A stretch of DNA of 64,000 nt from Patescibacteria group bacterium (GTDB taxonomy: Bacteria; Patescibacteriota; Minisyncoccia; Phycocordibacterales; UBA9973): assembly GCA_040388575.1 (NCBI GenBank), contig JAZKBO010000002.1, positions 95,942 to 159,941 on the forward strand, read 5' to 3'. A program made the position numbers and the translations under genes. Positions 57,455-64,000 of the stretch are shown here, one piece after another. Below the pieces are notes generated by a model, which was not told the DNA's origin, did no database searches, and saw only the letters and a list, made by a program, of their open reading frames with translations. Each line of letters opens with the position of its first letter. The first letter of the stretch is position 1.

Positions 57455-57943
57455 ATGAAAAAGACCCTTCTTTCATTAGCTTTAATACTGACCTTCGGCG
57501 CCTATACTGCCTTTCTAAGGTCTGATATCACTTCCAAACTCCATACCCCAATTGTTCCTGTCACAACACCGGATCCCTCACCAATTACCCAAACACCCTC
57601 TCCAACACCCACAACTCCAACCCCAGCACCAACTACCCCACCAAGCAATACTGGTAAATTTAAAAATGGCACCTATACTGGTGACAGCGTGGATGCCTTT
57701 TATGGTAACGTGCAAGTATCAGCAATAATTTCCGGTGGCCAGCTAACAAATGTTACCTTTCTAGATTATCCCCGAGACCGCCGAACTTCACTACAAAAGA
57801 GCAATCAGGCGATGCCGATACTGAAGTCTGAAGCCATATCCTCCCAGAGTGCAAATGTTAATAGTGTTTCCGGAGCTACCTACACTAGTGAAGCCTTTAC
57901 TCTCTCCCTTACCTCTGCCCTCAATCAAGCAAAAAATATATGA
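57455..57943 (+). CDS. Extracytoplasmic FMN-binding (flavinylated) protein
   Basis: N-terminal TM/signal, PT linker, KNGTYTG, VNSVSGATYTS flavinylation motif. Confidence 0.92.
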   Translation: MKKTLLSLALILTFGAYTAFLRSDITSKLHTPIVPVTTPDPSPITQTPSPTPTTPTPAPTTPPSNTGKFKNGTYTGDSVDAFYGNVQVSAIISGGQLTNVTFLDYPRDRRTSLQKSNQAMPILKSEAISSQSANVNSVSGATYTSEAFTLSLTSALNQAKNI

Positions 57944-58692
57944 CATCAATAAAGAAAACTGAACTCATCATGGGTATGCCTATTACACTAGAAATTGTTG
58001 GTGATATGGTCACTGAGGGTGCCTTCAAATTAGTTTTTGATTACTTTAAATATATCGATGAAAAATTTAGCACTTATAAAAGCGGCAGTGAAATGATGCG
58101 CATTAATCGCGGGGAGATTGATGAAAAGGAGTATAGTGAAGACATGCGGGAAGTTCTGGCATTATCTGAAATCACCAGGAAAGAAACGGGTAATTATTTC
58201 GATATTAAAAGGTTAGACGGCTCCCTGGATCCTTCCGGCTTAGTTAAGGGCTGGGCAATACACAATGCGGCCCACCTGCTAAGGGATGCAGGCTTTAAGA
58301 ATTTTTGCATCGAAGCTGGTGGGGATATTGAAACCTTTGGATTAAATAGTGAGTGTAAAGTTTGGACCGTCGGTATTAGAAATCCATTCAATACAACCGA
58401 GATAGTAAAGATACTCCACAGTGATAATAAAGGAATTGCTACTTCCGGCAATTATATACGTGGGCAGCACATTTATAATCCTAAGGAAAAGATGGGTAGG
58501 GTTGAGGGCGTAGTAAGTTTAACAGTGGTGGGGCCCAATATTTATGAAGCAGACCGCTTTGCTACCGCAGCTTTTGCGATGGGCGAGGCTGGAATAATGT
58601 TTATTGAAAAATTGCCGGGATTTGAAGGCTATATGGTTAATGATAACGGCATCGCAACTTTTACCAGCGGTTTTGAAAAGTATGTCAAATAA
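57940..58692 (+). CDS. apbE: FAD:protein FMN transferase
   Basis: MGMPI, DPSGLVKGWA, EAGGD, IATSGNY, ADRFATA. Confidence 0.93.
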   Translation: MTSIKKTELIMGMPITLEIVGDMVTEGAFKLVFDYFKYIDEKFSTYKSGSEMMRINRGEIDEKEYSEDMREVLALSEITRKETGNYFDIKRLDGSLDPSGLVKGWAIHNAAHLLRDAGFKNFCIEAGGDIETFGLNSECKVWTVGIRNPFNTTEIVKILHSDNKGIATSGNYIRGQHIYNPKEKMGRVEGVVSLTVVGPNIYEADRFATAAFAMGEAGIMFIEKLPGFEGYMVNDNGIATFTSGFEKYVK

Positions 58693-58703
58693 AATTTTGT
58701 AAT

Positions 58704-60236
58704 ATGATCCGACTTATCGACAACTTGCTAAACAAAATCACGATGTATCGGCTAGTGCTGTATTTTTTGATTATATTAGTTGCTGTTGCAGGGATACTAG
58801 GAAGCATCGGATTCCTGCCATTTAGCCCACTGATGCTGCTACTTTCGGTTACACTACTTACCGTAGTTTGTTATGTAATTAATAAATTATTTTCCTTGGC
58901 TTTCAATGCACCGACCAATGTGGAGTCAGTATATATTACAGCTCTTATCCTTACTCTCATCATAACCCCACCTAGCAGCTTGAGCGATATTTCATATTTG
59001 ATTTTTATTTTTTGGGCGGCCACTTGGGCCATGGCTTCGAAATACATCCTGGCTATTGGAAAAAAACATATTTTTAATCCTGCAGCTTTCGGTGTAGCCC
59101 TTACAGCTCTTACTATCAATCAATCCGCTAGCTGGTGGATAGGCACAGCAAGCATGGCACCCTTCGTCATCGTAGGTGGGTTGTTAGTTGTGAGGAAAAT
59201 CCGCCGTTTTGACTTTATACTTTCTTTTCTTACAGTAGCCTTAATTGGCACAATCCTTCTACATGTTAATAGCCTACCGGGTGCATATATTATTTTAAGA
59301 AGGATGTTACTTTCATCCCCACTTTTATTTTTTGCTACTATTATGCTCTCCGAGCCACTCACCACCCCGCCGAAGCGTTATGCACGTATGGGCTACGGTG
59401 CGTTAGTGGGAGCGATATTTGACCCAAGTATCCACTTGGCTGGCTTATATTCCACCCCAGAGCTAGCCTTGCTCTTGGGCAATATAATATCCTATATTCT
59501 AAGCCCTAAGAAAAAATTAATGCTTAGATTAATTGCTAAGGAACAAATAGCTAAAGACACTTATCAATTTTCCTTCACTTCTGGTAAAGATGAAATGGAA
59601 TTCCATCCTGGGCAATACTTAGAATGGACCCTCCCACATAAGCACTCTGACAGTAGGGGCAACAGGCGCTACTTTACTATTGCTTCCTCTCCAGTGGAAG
59701 AAAATTTCCGAATTGGGGTTAAGTTTTATCCGGAACCATCTAGCTTTAAAAAAACATTATTGGGAATGAAACCCAATGACATGCTAGTTGCTTCTGGACT
59801 CGCTGGAGAATTTATTATGCCTCACAATAAAGATGTGAAGTTATGCTTCATGGCCGGTGGAATTGGCATTACCCCTTTTGAAAGTATGCTGAACTATATG
59901 CTTGAGCGTAAACAACATAGGGATGTGATAATGCTTTACTCCAATAAAACTTCCGCTGATATTGCCTATCTGGAGACTATAAAAAGGGCTCAAAATGAAC
60001 TCGGAATTAGGACGGTGCATGTTCTGTCAGATACAAACTCACTCCCAACGGGTTGGCAAGGGGAAAGTGGATTTATCACAGCTGAAATGATCAAAAGAAA
60101 AGTACCTGATTGGAATGAAAGAATATTTTTTATTTCCGGGCCCCATGGCATGGTGAATGCTTTCAAAGACGCCTTAAAGGAGATGGGTGTACACCGTTCA
60201 CATATTAAAATTGACTTCTTCCCTGGTTTTGCTTAA
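58704..60236 (+). CDS. NqrB/RnfD-like membrane domain fused to FNR-type FAD/NAD(P)H oxidoreductase
   Basis: KHIFNPAAFG and MLSEPLTTP in the TM region; PGQY, RYFTIASSP, AGGIGITP, SGP..MV in the C-terminal half. Confidence 0.88.
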   Translation: MIRLIDNLLNKITMYRLVLYFLIILVAVAGILGSIGFLPFSPLMLLLSVTLLTVVCYVINKLFSLAFNAPTNVESVYITALILTLIITPPSSLSDISYLIFIFWAATWAMASKYILAIGKKHIFNPAAFGVALTALTINQSASWWIGTASMAPFVIVGGLLVVRKIRRFDFILSFLTVALIGTILLHVNSLPGAYIILRRMLLSSPLLFFATIMLSEPLTTPPKRYARMGYGALVGAIFDPSIHLAGLYSTPELALLLGNIISYILSPKKKLMLRLIAKEQIAKDTYQFSFTSGKDEMEFHPGQYLEWTLPHKHSDSRGNRRYFTIASSPVEENFRIGVKFYPEPSSFKKTLLGMKPNDMLVASGLAGEFIMPHNKDVKLCFMAGGIGITPFESMLNYMLERKQHRDVIMLYSNKTSADIAYLETIKRAQNELGIRTVHVLSDTNSLPTGWQGESGFITAEMIKRKVPDWNERIFFISGPHGMVNAFKDALKEMGVHRSHIKIDFFPGFA

Positions 60237-60907
60237 GAAACTAGTACTGTAAATTCCCCTTTTTGTTTAACCGGATTTTGTTTTAAATATTCTAGGAGTT
60301 CGGCTGGCTTGCCTGTTTTAAATTCTTCATATATTTTTGTAAGCTCGCGAGCGAGGCAGACATTTTTCTCTGGACAAAATTTAGCCAGCGACTCTAAAGT
60401 TTTCAAAATTCTGTGAGGGGACTCGTAGAAGACCATTGTGCGCTTGGCATCGGCTATTTCTTTAAATAAAGTCTCCCTACCCTTTTTATGCGGCAGGAAT
60501 CCGAGGAATGTAAACTCGTGCGCTGGAAAACCTGCGCCTGATAGGGCGGTTATCACGGCCGATGGCCCAGGAATAGGAATAATTTCTATGCTATTCATGA
60601 ACCTGCCCCTAACCTTATCAATAAGCATTATCCCTGGATCGGAAATACCAGGAGTGCCCGCATCCGATACTAGGGCTAAATTCTTTTCATCCTTAAGCAA
60701 GTCAAAAATCTTTTCAATCTTGGAAAGTTTGCTATGCGCATGATAGCTCAAGGTCGGTGTATTGATACTGTATTTGTCTAAGATTTTTTTCGTCTCTCTA
60801 GTATCCTCACATAAGATTAGGTCCACACTTTTAAGAGTTTCAATAGCACGAAGAGTTATGTCACCCATGTTTCCGATAGGCGTGGCAACTATATAAAGTT
60901 TAGACAT
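60233..60907 (-). CDS. rsmI: 16S rRNA C1402 2'-O-methyltransferase
   Basis: VATPIGN, CEDTR, SDAGTPGISDPG, YESPHR, ARELTK. Confidence 0.96.
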   Translation of the reverse strand: MSKLYIVATPIGNMGDITLRAIETLKSVDLILCEDTRETKKILDKYSINTPTLSYHAHSKLSKIEKIFDLLKDEKNLALVSDAGTPGISDPGIMLIDKVRGRFMNSIEIIPIPGPSAVITALSGAGFPAHEFTFLGFLPHKKGRETLFKEIADAKRTMVFYESPHRILKTLESLAKFCPEKNVCLARELTKIYEEFKTGKPAELLEYLKQNPVKQKGEFTVLVS

Positions 60908-61373
60908 TTGTCCTTTCTTCTTTAAGTGGAGTCAAGCTAGCAAACACTACAATTGCTAAGGCGATTATTAAAATATTTTTTATTATGTATTGCCCTTCAA
61001 TAGTAGGCACACCGAAACTTGCCCAAGTGAACTGTGGCAAAAGAATTAGTGGCATAATGGTAGTGATCATATGAATTGCAAGAAAAAACAAACCTAAACG
61101 TTCCATCTTAGGCACGATAAATAAGAGCCCAATAATCATTTCAAACACACCAAAGCATATTAAGAAGCCTCCTGGTGGAACACCATGGAGAGTTTTATTA
61201 AGGAGTGCCACTACGAGTGGATTAGCGGCGCCATTTTCCGCGAAGACCTTAATCGCCCCGAAATAAAAATAAACCAAAAATATTGCGAATCTGGCGAACG
61301 GCACTGCCGTCCTCTGCATAAAACTTACTAATTTATAGTCCCAAGTCTCTATTTTTGCATTAAAATTTCGCAT
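60900..61373 (-). CDS. DoxX/DUF417-like membrane protein
   Basis: VYFYFGAIK, GVFE..G, PTIEGQYIIKN. Confidence 0.75.
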   Translation of the reverse strand: MRNFNAKIETWDYKLVSFMQRTAVPFARFAIFLVYFYFGAIKVFAENGAANPLVVALLNKTLHGVPPGGFLICFGVFEMIIGLLFIVPKMERLGLFFLAIHMITTIMPLILLPQFTWASFGVPTIEGQYIIKNILIIALAIVVFASLTPLKEERTNV

Positions 61374-61388
61374 GGGAATATTATACTA

Positions 61389-61835
61389 CTATCTTCTATA
61401 TTTTCTAGTGCGCCATTTGTCGGCTATTTTGACACGGGTTAACGAGCGCTCGAGTTCGGCTTCAAAGTGCTCGAAGTCGACATGGTCTTTATCTTGCATT
61501 TGTTTTTGTAGTTCCCCTGCTTTCCTCTTAGCTTCTTCTATCTTCTGGTCAGTAATTTCAGCAACTGGCTCTGCAAAGTCAGCTAGCACTGCGACTTCTG
61601 TAATTCCTTCGGGATTCTTTTTAACTTCTAGGAATCCACCAGCCACAGCCATAGGGATATGCTCCCCACCTGATACTGCCACCACATCGCCAGATTTTAA
61701 ACCGACAACAAGCGGAATATGATCTGGGAGAACAGTTATCTCACCTTCCGTTGTCGGCAAACTTACCTGATCCACCATTTCTTCGAGGATAAGTCTTTCC
61801 GGAGTTACAATTTTTAATTTCAACTGCTTGGACAT
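61389..61835 (-). CDS. atpC: ATP synthase epsilon subunit
   Basis: IVTPER, GEITVLPDH, GGFLEV. Confidence 0.95.
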   Translation of the reverse strand: MSKQLKLKIVTPERLILEEMVDQVSLPTTEGEITVLPDHIPLVVGLKSGDVVAVSGGEHIPMAVAGGFLEVKKNPEGITEVAVLADFAEPVAEITDQKIEEAKRKAGELQKQMQDKDHVDFEHFEAELERSLTRVKIADKWRTRKYRR

Positions 61836-61838
61836 AGA

Positions 61839-63194
<1,356 letters not shown>

Positions 63195-63215
63195 TTATTA
63201 ATTAATTATAATTTA

Positions 63216-64000
63216 TTAACTTACTGAAGCCATACCGGCACTTATCTCTGAAATTTCCCTGGTAATGTTCGACTGCCTGGCTTTGTTGAATATCAGGGTT
63301 AGTTCATCTATCATTTCGCCACTGGCCTCACTCGCATTCTTCATGGCTACCATCCTGCTGGACTGCTCGGAGGCATTCGACTCGAGCATCATCTGGTAAA
63401 TTTGCATTCGAGTCAGCTTTTCAGCCAGTGATGTGATTAATTCCTCCATGTTGCCTTCAAATAAATAATTGGTCTTAATTTCATTATGCTGGACATCTTC
63501 TGATTTAATGCCTTCAATTAATTCTTTAATGTCACTTTTTGAAACTGGGAGGATTTGTTTAATGTTTGGCTTCTGGGTTAATGCGGAAACAAAGTCAGTA
63601 TATGCAACCACAACTTTATCGTAATTCCCTTTTGTATATTCATTCGTTAACATTTTAGAAATTGGTAGGATATTTTGTAAAGTAATATTGTCTGGCAATT
63701 CCGTAAAGCTCGCAATAATATTTTGCCCCACTCGGCGCATGGCTGCATCACCCTTTTTGCCAATGGCAAGGATACTTACTTTGGCTGCGCTTTCATTTTT
63801 AAGTACAGCAATTGCTTTTTTTATTACCTGCGCATTGTAAGCACCACAAAGGCCGCGATTTGAGGTAATCAAAACCAAAAGAATATTCTTCACTGGACGC
63901 TGTTCAAAAAGCGGATGTCTGAAATCAGTGCTCTCAATATTCTGCGCAATGGAAGTCAAAATTTCCCAGGAGTATCCAGCATAAAATCGTGAAGCAAGGG
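63216..64000 (-). CDS. atpG: ATP synthase gamma subunit (N-terminus outside window)
   Basis: RGLCGAYN, ASEQSSRMVAM, NKARQSNITREISEI. Confidence 0.96.
   Translation of the reverse strand, partial: LASRFYAGYSWEILTSIAQNIESTDFRHPLFEQRPVKNILLVLITSNRGLCGAYNAQVIKKAIAVLKNESAAKVSILAIGKKGDAAMRRVGQNIIASFTELPDNITLQNILPISKMLTNEYTKGNYDKVVVAYTDFVSALTQKPNIKQILPVSKSDIKELIEGIKSEDVQHNEIKTNYLFEGNMEELITSLAEKLTRMQIYQMMLESNASEQSSRMVAMKNASEASGEMIDELTLIFNKARQSNITREISEISAGMASVS

Overview
An AT-rich bacterial chromosome segment. The compact, minimised housekeeping genes (short DnaX/HolB, helicase-degenerate PriA, short Rel), leaderless promoters and class F sortase suggest Patescibacteria/CPR (Parcubacteria-like); this placement is inference. 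Contents from left to right: (1) rplI fragment, ctpA, and a ~10 kb block of secreted/surface proteins (CAP domain, class F sortase with an LPRTG substrate, matrixin, InlB-repeat protein, DUF3761, DUF5678 plus retropepsin pair, DUF5666-like); (2) pbp2; (3) a near-complete de novo purine cluster (guaB purA purSL purQ purF purN purD purK purE purM purC purB; no purH or guaA in the window); (4) housekeeping genes with tRNA-Gln, tRNA-Leu and tRNA-Trp; (5) a four-gene signalling operon (small protein, stand-alone His-rich 7TM protein, GAF-PAS histidine kinase, single-domain receiver); (6) rpmG, alr, ddl, rseP, frr, holB, mreB, priA; (7) an FMN-bind/ApbE/NqrB-FNR flavinylation operon; (8) rsmI and atpG/D/C. 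The most unusual unexplained signals are: four scattered GC-rich mini-genes that carry Shine-Dalgarno (SD) motifs and 3' hairpins in a genome whose native genes are largely leaderless or SD-free; a repeated ECF-type promoter motif upstream of envelope genes; a recurring (G)xVLG motif in surface-protein linkers; and the 7TM signalling operon. No CRISPR array, IS element, integrase or rRNA was seen. All calls come from motif recognition by eye, without database searches.
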